Assembly (NCBI GenBank): GCA_965204375.1
Contig: OZ241986.1
Location: 4,160,001 to 4,224,000 of the forward strand
DNA: 64,000 bases
Direction: 5' to 3'
DNA from: Candidatus Latescibacterota bacterium
Lineage (GTDB): Bacteria; Latescibacterota; UBA2968
Shown: positions 38,840 through 50,800 of the stretch, piece after piece
Numbering within the stretch: the first letter of the stretch is position 1
Layout: the number at the start of each line of letters is the position of its first letter
Translations under genes and position numbers: made by a program
Notes under the pieces: generated by a model
Databases searched by the model: none
What the model was told of the DNA's origin: nothing
What the model saw: the letters and a program-made list of their open reading frames with translations, nothing else

Positions 38840-40951
38840 TTTCAACAGCAGCATCTTCTGGATCGCGGTATTTGGACCCGCTTTGATCTTGGCGATATAA
38901 ACGCCACTACCAACGCTGCGGCCCATAAAGTCCTTAGCATCCCACTGGACACTATAGCGACCCGCCGTATAATGCTGGCTCACGAGTTGACGAATCTCCT
39001 GCCCAATCGCATCGTAAATGACAACAGACACAGTTGCGTCAGAAGGCAGATCGTAGGAAATCGTCGTTCTCGGGTTAAACGGATTGGGATAAACAGCCGA
39101 AGAAAATTCTGTGGGCAGGATGAAACGCGCGCCCAACAGCACCTCAATCGGATTCGAACGGTTCACCGTCCCATCCAGATCAATCTGCTCGAGAACATAA
39201 TAAACGATCTCAGCAACGGGAAGACGATTATCCTCAAACATATAATCCATCAACTGATCGGTCGTACCAGCGCCAGCGATAAGTTCGCTAACCGCCTCGT
39301 AGGTCTCTCCATCCGTGCTGCGAAGCACGCGGAAACCCGCATTATTGGTCTGCGAAGCCGTCGTCCAGTTGATCACCACGCGGTCATCAACCACCGAACC
39401 GACAAATGACGACAACTCAACGGGATTGGCCTCAGTAAATTGAAGGGTGGCCTCAAGAGGTTCCATCATACCATCCGAAGCTGTCACCTTCACAACTACA
39501 GATCTATAACCAGCGACTGTCAATGTCAGGACATTGCCATCCACCGAATGTTCAACCGTGGATTGTGGATCATCGCCTGAGGGAAAATCAGGACCTTCTA
39601 ACAGTTCCACAGAGAACGTAACCGTAGCCCCTTCGGGAAAACGCAAGGCTGTAACCATAACCACCGCAGTGCCACCGCGCGGGATTGTATTGATGAGACC
39701 AGGTGACACATCCAGAGCCGGACCGTGGTTATACAACACCGGAGCGGGAACCATCAGCATCGTCTCTTCACCATCAGGACCGAGAACAGCTCTAAACGAC
39801 GAAACGCCAACCACAAAAGGCATCTCCTCGGCACCTGTCATCAGCTTCAGCGTACCCAAAAAACCACCATTGGACAGCATCATCGCTTCTTCGGCACCAA
39901 CATCGACCTGATTACCGGACATACCCAGCAGCGTCAGACCCTCAGCAGGATCAAAACCCGTGATCGTCGCAGCAGCAGCCGGATCAATCGTAAACATAAT
40001 ACTCGCACCACCGAGACCACTTTCTATATCACCGGCAAATACCTCAATGGCAATCTCTTCATTGGCACCAGCACTGGCCGAGAGCATGCCGTCATCCATC
40101 ATATTCATCATGTCCATGCCGGCGGCATCTAAGGCGGGAAGCCTCACCTCGACAAACTCAATCGTAATTGGATCGGTCGTCGTCATACCATCACTCGCCG
40201 TCACCGTCACCTTTGCCGGGCCACTCGCCGTCAACGTCAACGTGGCACCATCCATCATGGACTGAACCATCTCAATCATCTCGCCCTGCACATCAAAGGT
40301 AATCGCGGCATCCGCGGCAAAATTCACCGCCGTTACCACGACCGACCCCGTGCCACCCGGCGGCACCGGAATCATCATAGACATATCCATCATAGACATA
40401 TCTGTCATGAGCCTGGGCTTGACATTAAAGTTAATCGTACTCATCATCGCCATCATCTCTGGCGCGATGACATCGCTCGACGCTGCACTTTCGGCAAGCG
40501 TCACCGCCTTAATGCCCAGGTAAAACTCCATATCCGTCACATCTGCCACGGTGGAAAACTCGGCGCGTCCAAGAAAACCGGACTCGGGCAGAGTAACAGG
40601 CGCAGTCGCTGCAAAATTTACGCCCGTCGGCTCTGGAATAGCGAACAGAAACGCACTATTCTCGATCTTGTCGAGCTTTAATTCTTCAGCTTTAAAATCA
40701 AACTCAATTCTCACACCAACCAGCGACGTGGTCACGCCCTGGGCGAAAACCTCAACTGCAATTTTTGTGCCCTGTCCAGCAACAACGCCTGCATGAACGC
40801 CATCGTCCGTCTGGTTGCCTGCCCCGCCATCGGCAATCAAATCAATCGACACCGTCGCATTTGCATTGGGACCAGCAGAAGCTTGACCCGCAAACGCCAG
40901 AAATGCAAGGGCAGTAAAAAATAACAATCCTCTTTTCAAAAACATTTGCAA
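38837..40951 (-). CDS. Secreted Met-rich protein with C-terminal FlgD-Ig/T9SS-like sorting domain
   Basis: Signal peptide ..AFAGQASA; PVELSSF..W.TASQTNNAGF..; YPNPFNPRTTISYDL..GVY..KMLLLK. Confidence 0.85.
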   Translation of the reverse strand: MQMFLKRGLLFFTALAFLAFAGQASAGPNANATVSIDLIADGGAGNQTDDGVHAGVVAGQGTKIAVEVFAQGVTTSLVGVRIEFDFKAEELKLDKIENSAFLFAIPEPTGVNFAATAPVTLPESGFLGRAEFSTVADVTDMEFYLGIKAVTLAESAASSDVIAPEMMAMMSTINFNVKPRLMTDMSMMDMSMMIPVPPGGTGSVVVTAVNFAADAAITFDVQGEMIEMVQSMMDGATLTLTASGPAKVTVTASDGMTTTDPITIEFVEVRLPALDAAGMDMMNMMDDGMLSASAGANEEIAIEVFAGDIESGLGGASIMFTIDPAAAATITGFDPAEGLTLLGMSGNQVDVGAEEAMMLSNGGFLGTLKLMTGAEEMPFVVGVSSFRAVLGPDGEETMLMVPAPVLYNHGPALDVSPGLINTIPRGGTAVVMVTALRFPEGATVTFSVELLEGPDFPSGDDPQSTVEHSVDGNVLTLTVAGYRSVVVKVTASDGMMEPLEATLQFTEANPVELSSFVGSVVDDRVVINWTTASQTNNAGFRVLRSTDGETYEAVSELIAGAGTTDQLMDYMFEDNRLPVAEIVYYVLEQIDLDGTVNRSNPIEVLLGARFILPTEFSSAVYPNPFNPRTTISYDLPSDATVSVVIYDAIGQEIRQLVSQHYTAGRYSVQWDAKDFMGRSVGSGVYIAKIKAGPNTAIQKMLLLK

Positions 40952-41000
40952 GACTCCTTCGCTGAAAACTACTCCTTGTAAGTTCTGAGGGAAAATTAAG

Positions 41001-41028
41001 GTAGGGGCGAAAGATTTTTCGCCCCTAC
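41001..41028. repeat. Near-perfect GTAG-type REP palindrome
   Basis: GTAGGGGCGAAAGATTTTTCGCCCCTAC. Confidence 0.9.
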
Positions 41029-41036
41029 CTACCGAA

Positions 41037-44000
41037 TTACTTGAGCAGCATCAGCTTCCGCACATCCTGGAACTTCCCTGCCGAGAGCTGGTAGAAATAA
41101 ATCCCACTCGAAACCGGCGTTCCGCGATCATCCATACCGTCCCAACGGACCTGATAACGACCAATCGACTGCGGTTCAGCAGCAATCAGCGTCCGAACGA
41201 CCTGACCCACCACATTGTAAATCTGGAGCGTCACATCGGCAGACTCGGCCAATTCATATCCGATCGTCGTGTCGGGGTTAAACGGATTGGGGAAATTCTG
41301 GAGCAGTGCAAACTCTGTAGGCGTCGTCTGGATATCCAGCACACCGCCAGCCAATGGATTGGCGAATTGACTCGGATCGAAAACCAGACCCTCGGCAATC
41401 TCAAACCGCGCATTATCTTCAAAATCGCGCAACACGCGGAACACCAACCGAACAATATCGCCACCGCCAGAAACCTCTGAGCCATTCACAATCGCATTCA
41501 TCACGCGAACCTGTCCGGCCTCATCCGACCAACCTCTGAACAGCGGGATCTCGCCACCTGCTGACTGCAGCAAATCCTCAGCAGCCGGCATCGCTTCTAC
41601 AAACTCGAACTTCTCGGCATCGTAGTTAAGCACAAACCCATAACCCATCAGAGCCTGCGCATTGGCGAGCGACACATCCACAAACATATTCTCGCCAGCC
41701 ACCACGCGATCACTGCCCAAACGCAACGACAACTCGGCATTCTCATTCACGCCAAGAACGGGCGGAACCAGAGACTTGCCAGCCGGACCTGTCGCTTCCT
41801 TGCCATAAGAACTAAAGAACAGGATAAAGTCATCGAAATTGACCATCTTATCGTCATTCAGGTCAGCCTGAACAAAAACTCTCCAGTTCTCGTGCGTCTC
41901 ATCTGTATTAAACGCCATCGTAAAGGCAATAAAGTCTTCAAAGTCAACCGTCAGCGGCGTCGCCGTATCCCCGTGCCTGGGGAGCCTGACGATATAAACC
42001 GGATTGCCGTCTGCATCCACAAATCCCCTGCGCGTGGGCGTAAGCTCAACAAGTAGAGGAACACTCGGCGTCATATTGGTACCGTCCATCGCCGTCACGG
42101 TTACCAGCACCTCGGGCAGACCCTGATTAATCAGAGACTCGATCAAAGCCAGGGGAACCTGGAAACTGCCCGAACCAGCGGGCGCAGGCCCGATATCAAT
42201 CATCGAATCTTCGTTGGCACCGCCTCTGACCACATATCCCGTCACATGCGGAATTGTAATCCCGTAACCGCGATACATCACAATATCCATGCCGCCATCA
42301 TCGGCGGACACCGTCCAGGTAACCATCCCGGTTTCAACATCAGCGGCGAGACCGGTTGCAGCAGCAGGGGCTGTATCGTCAATCGCAGCCACCATATCTT
42401 CCGTCGCCGTAATTGAAGACGAAACAATGGGACCAGATCCATCCGTGCGGATATTCTGCGGAACAGCCAAATCGCCACCGACGAGCACACTCAAATCGGG
42501 ATCCAGAGCCGCAAACACCACATTCTTCTGATTCCCAATAAGCGCGTTCAAATAATCAGCAGAAGGCATAAACACCTGTGCGAGCTCATCCTCGGTCACA
42601 ACCCGATTGGGATCCAGACCCAGGAACTGAACCAAGTGTTGCACGCTCTCCTTGGAGAACACGCGCTTGCCAGCAGGCGTAATCACGTCCTCTGCCGAAC
42701 CCATACCGCTCTCGGCAGAAACGCCCCAGAGGGTTGCCTTCGAATCCGTCACCGGAACAACCGCGCGCGTCATACCATCATTATCCATTGCGTCGATAAC
42801 AGCCCAGGCGACCCAATCTTCCACCGGGTTACCCTCTGAATCATTCACCATCATCCAGCGATGGACGCGATACTGACTCACATCCGCGTGATTTTCCGAA
42901 TTGGCAAAAGTCACCATCACATAGTGACCATTATCGCCTTCCTGATCCTGCACCTTCACACTCGCAGGAGCAGCGGGCTTCTTCTGGCTAAACGAAACCT
43001 CCACCGCAGCCGTCGTAACGCCGGCACCCGAAGCCGTCACACTCACAGAAACTGGACCCGTGGCCGTCAGCGTCAGCACATTGCCATCCTGTGACTTTGA
43101 ATAATTACTCTCTGAACCACTCGTCACCTGGACATCGAACGTAACCTCAGTGCCTTCGGGAAAACCAACAGCCACGACCATTGACGAACCATCGGGAACC
43201 ACAGCCTGCGGAATCTTGACCTCAGCCATATCGGTTGTAACAGTGGGCATCGCCCTGAAAATAACTTTCAACGGCGAAGTCTCCGCGCCAGAATTATCCA
43301 TGGCTTTCAGCGTCACCTCAGCAGAACCTTCACCACTACCCGTCAACGTGACCATTGCACCATCCGTCTGAGCATCAACCGACGCTGTACCAGATACCTC
43401 GGTGAACGTATATTTAATACCGTCACCCAGACCAGTCGCCGTCACGGTTACCACCGCCTCTCCGCCAGCCGGAATAATAACATCGGCGTCATCCGCCGTC
43501 AGATAAGGCGGAGGATTCACAAACGAAATCGTCAGCGGTGCTGTCGTCGCCGTGCCATCGGTGGCCTCCATCGTCACATCCCCGGGATTACTCGTCGTCA
43601 CCGTCCAGGTCGCAGCACCAGCACCCGTTGCAAACCCGGCACCACCCGTAATTTTAAAATTAATCTCGGCACCGGCATCAAAACCGACAGCCGTAACCAT
43701 CGCTGAAGCTGAGGCACCAAAATCTGAAAACACCACCTCGGTACTCTCAGTTCTCAGTTCCGGTGGTGCCTTGGTAAAAACAACCGTAACCGGATCCAGC
43801 GCAACACCACGAGACATTGCAGACACCGTCACCGTGGCATCGCCCGTAGCGGACAACGTCACCGTGTTACCATCAACCGTGCCCGCATCAGCGGGATCTA
43901 TGGTAAACTCAACCATTTCATCCTGCGTATCCATCGCGGTTACCGTCGCCATTCCCGTCTCGCCGTGGCCAACCGTAACCTCGGTTGCGCTCGCCTCGAG

Positions 44001-44804
44001 ATAGGGCGCGAACTGAGTGACCATCAAAGCCTCACCACCACCCACAGCCCTTCTCATTCCATCTGCTGTAAGCACCGTCAGCGAGGCAACACCAATGGTA
44101 AACTCAGTGGCATCGGGATCCACTGTAAACGTCACAGAGCCGTAATTCCCGCCATCCAGCATCACAGCCGGTATGCCAAGAAGTGTAATGCTCATACCAT
44201 CTATTCCGCCAGGAGGTACTCCCAAACCGGTAGCAGGCATACTACCTGTGACCATCGCTGCATCAGCGGGATCAACCATAAAAGTGATCTCAGCACCCGT
44301 CGTTTCTCCGACTCCGGGAACCGCGACATTGACGGAGAGTTCACCATCGTCATTGATCTCACCATCACTCGTCAGGGCAGCTTCAAGACCATTAAACGAG
44401 GCCATAGCGGATGGGGTAATTTCTACCTCATCGAGCGTGACCTTCGCAATGCCAATGGAAAATTCCATACCCGTCACATCTACGTTTGTCGTAAAAGTGA
44501 AACTCACACTTGCGGGCACAGGCATTGCACTAATAGATAACAGGCTAACCGTACCGGGATCTGGTTGTAACCAGCCGGAAGGTGCAGCAAGAGTTAAAAG
44601 AGACTGGTCAAAATCAAATTCAACTTGTATGGCATTTACCGATTGGGTAACACCCATTTGGGACACTTCAACGACAATCTCCGTGCCCTGTCCAGAAACC
44701 TTGCTTGGAGTACCCGTGATCGAGATACTCTGCGCAGAAGCCTGCCCTGCAAATATCAGCAATGCCAAAGCAGTCATAGACAAAAGACTTTTTTTCAAAA
44801 ACAT
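41037..44804 (-). CDS. Large secreted protein: Ig-like repeats, dockerin/EF-hand-like, cohesin-like and FlgD-Ig-like tail
   Basis: Signal peptide; ADLNDDKMVNFDDFILF; GYGFVLNYDAEKFEFV; NFPNPFNPDTTIGY..VRKLMLLK. Confidence 0.85.
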   Translation of the reverse strand: MFLKKSLLSMTALALLIFAGQASAQSISITGTPSKVSGQGTEIVVEVSQMGVTQSVNAIQVEFDFDQSLLTLAAPSGWLQPDPGTVSLLSISAMPVPASVSFTFTTNVDVTGMEFSIGIAKVTLDEVEITPSAMASFNGLEAALTSDGEINDDGELSVNVAVPGVGETTGAEITFMVDPADAAMVTGSMPATGLGVPPGGIDGMSITLLGIPAVMLDGGNYGSVTFTVDPDATEFTIGVASLTVLTADGMRRAVGGGEALMVTQFAPYLEASATEVTVGHGETGMATVTAMDTQDEMVEFTIDPADAGTVDGNTVTLSATGDATVTVSAMSRGVALDPVTVVFTKAPPELRTESTEVVFSDFGASASAMVTAVGFDAGAEINFKITGGAGFATGAGAATWTVTTSNPGDVTMEATDGTATTAPLTISFVNPPPYLTADDADVIIPAGGEAVVTVTATGLGDGIKYTFTEVSGTASVDAQTDGAMVTLTGSGEGSAEVTLKAMDNSGAETSPLKVIFRAMPTVTTDMAEVKIPQAVVPDGSSMVVAVGFPEGTEVTFDVQVTSGSESNYSKSQDGNVLTLTATGPVSVSVTASGAGVTTAAVEVSFSQKKPAAPASVKVQDQEGDNGHYVMVTFANSENHADVSQYRVHRWMMVNDSEGNPVEDWVAWAVIDAMDNDGMTRAVVPVTDSKATLWGVSAESGMGSAEDVITPAGKRVFSKESVQHLVQFLGLDPNRVVTEDELAQVFMPSADYLNALIGNQKNVVFAALDPDLSVLVGGDLAVPQNIRTDGSGPIVSSSITATEDMVAAIDDTAPAAATGLAADVETGMVTWTVSADDGGMDIVMYRGYGITIPHVTGYVVRGGANEDSMIDIGPAPAGSGSFQVPLALIESLINQGLPEVLVTVTAMDGTNMTPSVPLLVELTPTRRGFVDADGNPVYIVRLPRHGDTATPLTVDFEDFIAFTMAFNTDETHENWRVFVQADLNDDKMVNFDDFILFFSSYGKEATGPAGKSLVPPVLGVNENAELSLRLGSDRVVAGENMFVDVSLANAQALMGYGFVLNYDAEKFEFVEAMPAAEDLLQSAGGEIPLFRGWSDEAGQVRVMNAIVNGSEVSGGGDIVRLVFRVLRDFEDNARFEIAEGLVFDPSQFANPLAGGVLDIQTTPTEFALLQNFPNPFNPDTTIGYELAESADVTLQIYNVVGQVVRTLIAAEPQSIGRYQVRWDGMDDRGTPVSSGIYFYQLSAGKFQDVRKLMLLK

Positions 44805-44872
44805 TACAAACTCCTATATGAAAATATGGATCGGGAAGCCTCATCAGGGAAACTTCCCGACCCATCGGCGAA

Positions 44873-47800
44873 TTACTTGAGCAGCATCAGCTTCCGCACA
44901 TCACTGAACTTTCCGTCTGCCGCAATCTGGTAGAAATAAATTCCACTCGAAACCGGCACACCGCGATCATCCATACCGTTCCAGCGAATCTGATAGCGAC
45001 CCGCATTCTGCGCCTCGGAAGCGACCAGCGTCCGAACCACCTGACCCAACACATTGTAAATCTGGAGCGTCACGTCAGCGGACTCGGCCAAATCGTACTT
45101 AATGGTCGTATCCGGGTTAAACGGATTGGGGAAGTTCTGGTGCAAAGCGAACTCTCTGGGCGTACTCTGAAGTTCCAGCACACCCGCGACCACCGCCGGA
45201 TTCTGAAGCTGACTCGGGTCAAAGACCAGACCGTCGGCAATCTCAAACCTGGCGTTATCCTCAAACTCGCGCAACACGCGGAACACGAACCGAACCACAT
45301 CGCCACCGCCGGAAACCGCCGTGCCATTATACACACCATTGGCAACGGTAATCTGACCGTCGGCAACCACATGGTGGAACAACGTCTCTCCACCTGTTGA
45401 CTTGAGCAGATCCTCATCGGCAGGCGCCACACTCACAAACTCGAACTTATCGGTCTCGTAATTGAGCGCGAACCCATAACCGATCAGAGCAGCGACATTG
45501 GCAAGCGACACATCGACAGCCACCGTCTCGCCAGCGATCACGCGCTCACTACCCAGACTCAGCGTGAACTCAGCATTCTCGTTGATACCGGGCAGCAAAA
45601 CGAGCGGCTTCGTCGCCGGACCAACAGCTGTCCTGCCAAAGGACTTGATAAACTCGGAAAAGTCAGCGACACTAACCATGCCATCGTCATTGACATCGGC
45701 CTGGGCGTTGTAATTCTCATCACCTTCGCTGCTACCAAACGCAGCAACAAGCGCGAGGAAGTCATCCACGCCAACTGTCATATCTGACGGGGCATCCCCT
45801 GCATAGACGAGATAAACGGGATCGCCGTTTGCATCCACATAAGCCATACGCGCAGACCCCTGGACAAAGGTAATGGCAAGCTCATCCGCCGGATATCGAC
45901 CATCTGTAGCCGACACCGTCACAGTGCCTGCCTCAGCCATGGTAATATCCAACGTCGCCGTGCCATCGTCATTTGCCGCCACGGGATCCATCGCCGTGCC
46001 GTTCTTGGTAAAGGTAACCATGCTGCCAGCATTATAGCCTTCGGCTGCGACTGTTACCGTTATCGTACCGGGATCAGCGGGAATCTCAACATTGTTACCC
46101 GCCTGATCTGTATCCATACCAGGCACCCAGAGCGTAAGCTCGGGTGTCAAAGGCATAACAATGGTGACGCTCGCACCAGTTCTGGTGTTTTGGCTTCGCT
46201 TATCATCAGAGTTTAAGGTCGTATTATCTATCCTGACCTGGATAGACACGTCTCCTGCCTCGTCAGGTGCTGTAACCGTGAAAGGCCAACCCTCCGGGTC
46301 CAGTTGCCATTCAAATGCAGGTAGTCCTTTCAGGGTGGGCGAGGAACGGATAGTAATGGCAAACCCATCCTTATAATCGTAGGCATTGTCCTTCGCCCGG
46401 GTATCCAGTACCGCCAGAGAGTCTTCGGCAGAAGCTGGATCAGACTTAAAGGCTCTGACCGAGGGGTTGTAATGTCTATCGACCGGGACCACCCGGAGGG
46501 TGAATTTGTCCCCAGTATCGACAGACTCAACTTTTTCGCCACCTTTCTCAGCGGTTATCATGAACTTGTTAAAGTCGGCAGCACCGACGTAGAGACTATC
46601 AATGTCGCCATTGAATTCCGCTACTGTTGTACTACCCGTACCAGCATTCCGATGTTCGATCAGAATTTTAATTAAGCCAGTAGCCTTGTTCGACTTAGCC
46701 GTAACGTCGCGCTTACCGAGCAACCAGCCAGCGGCATCAAGCGTAGCCATACCGTCTGGCTCGGCATCATCCATCACGCCCGTACCTTCAAACCACACGG
46801 ACCCGGCAACACCGCCGTTTGCGTCCCAGGCACTGATGCGCACCTCGGCAGCTGTATTGCCATTTTCGTCCACGTTTTTATAGGTCAAAGCATCACGTTT
46901 CGTGTCAGACGACGCATCGTGATCAATAGCCTGAACCTCCAGGACAATGGCCTGACCGGCAATCACAGAGTCTGCAGCAGTCTCATTCGTCGCTGTAACT
47001 GCAGTCATATTTGTGATGGAGAATTGATTCGCCCGAGGATTATCGAATTGCGCATTAAACCTCATATTTTCAGATTCATCCTGAGGCGTGATGGAAACAT
47101 TCCCCGCAAGATCTCGGGTAAATATCGTCATCGTATATGATTCTTCATCCGTTAACGCCTTAGAGAAAACAACCTGGGTTTCGCCTTTTGCCGTAACCCC
47201 GGCTCTCTCCTCGACAATAGTGGCTCCACCTGAAGCTGCGAACGTAACCGCAATCGAATCTACGGCTTCGGGCAACTCAAAGACTGGATGGCGCGTAGCA
47301 TCGTTAATCTGACCATCCGGAAGCAAACTATTCTTGGGGAACCAATCCGAGAGCATTGGCTTTGCTGCATCGTGCGTAACGCCAGACATCGTCGTTTTGG
47401 TTGTGTTGCCCCGAGTATCGGTCGCCAAAATAGCCAGTGTTATCTCTGTCCCGGCTACATTCGCGCTCGATGGCACGAAAGCCGTGTCCGGATATTTGTC
47501 ATCATCGCCTTCTCCGTCTTTCTTCGTAGAACTGAGCGGACTCGTATCAACTTCTATTGAATCTACTTTTCCAGGGTCACCACTCATGCCAACGAGTCCG
47601 TCGCGATAGTTAGCTATTGTTAACGTATCCGCTCCGACTGCAAAGACCTGAAGCGATGAAAGAGCTTCATCCACTGAGATTACCAGCGGATTGAGATGCT
47701 TATCTACGTTCCGGCCCTCAACAGTACTGAACGTAGCACCAGAAAAGCGCATGGGATGCGTATGATCAAACAGACTGTCGGGATCCGCAGATGGATACAG

Positions 47801-50800
47801 GATCGAAACCTTCGGCGAACGCGAATCCGCGGCGAAAGTTGTTATCCTCGCACCACTATAGTTAGCGGCCTGATCCTTTACCTGGACAAGGACCCGCCCT
47901 GTCGCGTTATCTGGCTGGAACCTCGTACCTCTCGATCCTATAAAATCGACAAAGTCATCGGTTTTATGTTCGAAGAAGCCTTCTGTTATCTTCCACGAGG
48001 TACGCAATGAATCTGAGGCGGCAGCAATGACCTGGGAAGCACTAAAGTTCACCGTCTTGGTAAAAGGTGCGACCTGGGCAGCAGTATATGTCTTGCCTCT
48101 ATACGACCCCGTACCATCCTGAGGCTGTATCTGAACCCGGATGCCACTGTCTCGGAAAAGAACATTCCCACTCACCGCGACAGCGACGCGAACCTCATCG
48201 CCAACTTTGACAGCAGTAACAGGCTCGCCATCCTTATTCGTAACATTCACACCAGCAATGGCAGCGTTTGAAGGCACGAGGTTATCAACCTTAAAGAGCT
48301 TCCCATCACCTTTGTATCTGTCCGCTTCACTAACAAGCGAAGGATTAGAAGGATAAACCGGTTTGTCCGAATCCCTATTTGTGAATGATTCTGTAAGACC
48401 ATTACCAGCGGTGAACTCAATATGTGCATACGCACCCAGATATTGACCATTCGACGCTGGGTCAGTACTACCTTGGTCGTTCCGGGGTCTTATACGGATC
48501 TCAAATCGGACCGTATCATTGCCGCGCCAGATAACATCACCGCGACTGCGACTTCCCGGTTCTTCAAAGGTAAGAGTTCCGCCATCTTCGAGGTTAAAAT
48601 TCCGCGCGGTTACGGCATCAATTTCATAACTATTATGAGCCGTATCGCGCACCGAAACCTTAATGCTCGTAAAATCAGACCAGGGATACGCTACGCTACC
48701 CACGCGCTTCAAATCAACAATGACCTTGTCATTGCCCACGGGCGCCCAGCCATTTGCTGCTGGCTTGACCAGGACAGCGCGATAACCAGCGATATCCAGG
48801 GCACCACGCGCTCTGATGGGAATCGTGCGCGTACCCGAAACATAGTTCTCTGCCGAAGCAGTCACGGTAATCGTTCCAGCAGCAGCTGCCTCAGCAGCAT
48901 TAAGAGACAGAACGACCGGAATAGTGCCATCGGCCAGCCTGGTGGCAGGATCGTGGTCAGGATGTTGACGTATATTCGTGATTGACACTGTGGGAGATGC
49001 AAGCGTTCCTTTGTCGGTCATCACATTCACGACCAACGGATTCGGAATCTCCGCATCTGCCGTTGCCAACACGACCTTTACCGTCAACGTCACGGACTGA
49101 GCACCACCGCCCATTGTCACACTGGGTGGCTGGGCATTACTGAACGAGAGCGTACCCTTTGATGCATCATTATCCACGATTACAATAGGAGCCGCCTCAC
49201 CAGAATTATAGCCACTGGCAGTAGCAGTCAATTTGACTGTCCTGGTCGTGTAGGCATCATCATTATGAGGCGTGATTGTCAGCGTGCCAGTACCTGAGGT
49301 GTTAGTGCCCGATATCGAAATATCGACTGACGACACCGTTGTGCCACCGTCAGTTCCCTCTACCGTACCAGTCACCATCACCACCACTGTATTCCCTGTA
49401 CCCGGTGCTTCAGGCAACGTCGCAGTCACCTGGATAGACCGCGCACGAGCATCTTCTCTTACTCGGTCGGTATCGGTCGTCAGTGTCACCATTCCCACTG
49501 CTGGCGGCACTATAGGACCACCCTCAGTATCGACAATGGTCAGAGTCGCAGTGGCCATTAATTCGGGTGTTGGTTCGTCTTCATCGCCGTCGTCGTCGTC
49601 GTCGTATGTGGCAGTCACGACCACCGTCTCATGGTCCGAATCGGCATCCGGGGCTGGCCTAATTGTCAGCATTCCCGTACCAGAGCCGGACGAGACATCA
49701 ACATCATCTGAATCAATTGTGACTCCATTACTCCTGGCAGTCACCTTCACCATGTCACCCTCACCAGTGAGAGGGGCATGTTCTAACATCACGGTCACAG
49801 TCACAACCTGGGCACCGCCCTCCTCTGTCAATTCGTCAGGACTGAGCGTAATCGTTACAGTTTGCTCTTTATCATCATCCTCAATGGTCAAAGTCTGAGA
49901 ATCGGGCGTTCCATAGCCAGGCACTGCTGCGGCTGTGGCCACTGTAACGATCTGATCGTCATCATCAGGATCATCACCCCGCGGAATAAACAGATTTCCG
50001 GAGCCGGTATCTGAGCCACCGGTTACAGTAACAGTCACCGACGAAATTATGAACCCACCACTGGTGGCATTCACAGTCACACTTACATTTGAAGAAGGAG
50101 CAGGCGTCAACGTCAAAGTCACAGCCACGGTGGCATCATCGGCACCGGTCTCCTCTGTCAATGTCTTAGGACTGATCGCAAGTTCTATGGTCCTCGCCGG
50201 GATATCATCTTCTACGATCGTGAGCATATCAGGCGTCGGGAAATCATACCCTTCCGCTTCGGCGTTCACTGTAACCGCCACATCACCCATATTCTCCTGA
50301 TCATTGGTCGGGGTAATCCTCAGCGCACCTATGCCGGTGCCGGTGGTGGGTACAGTAACAGTCGTCGAAGAATGCATTGTCTCACCAATAGTGGCAGTCA
50401 ACACCACCGGTGTAGCTGCCTGAGGGGCAGGTTGTAACGTCACGGTCACAGCTATGTCCGTAGGACCTGCATCCTCCTGAACTTCCTCAGCACTGAACGC
50501 AAGTTGTATGGTCCCATCTGTCTTATGTATATCTTTGACAGTGATATTCGCCGGATCGCCTGTATATGTTACCTCGTCATCTTCCGGGGTCCCCCCTTCA
50601 GGGACGGTGGACCCCGTAGCACTCACTACGATTACATCATCGACATCATTGCCATCATCATCCGGCGGATCGATAACCAGCGTTCCGGCCATTCCCTCCA
50701 TGTTGGCTGCTACAGTAATAGTAGTCGTAGCAATTGTGAACCCACCAGCATTGGCATCCACAGTCACCGTTACATCGCTTGTAAGAGAAACGGGCGTTAG

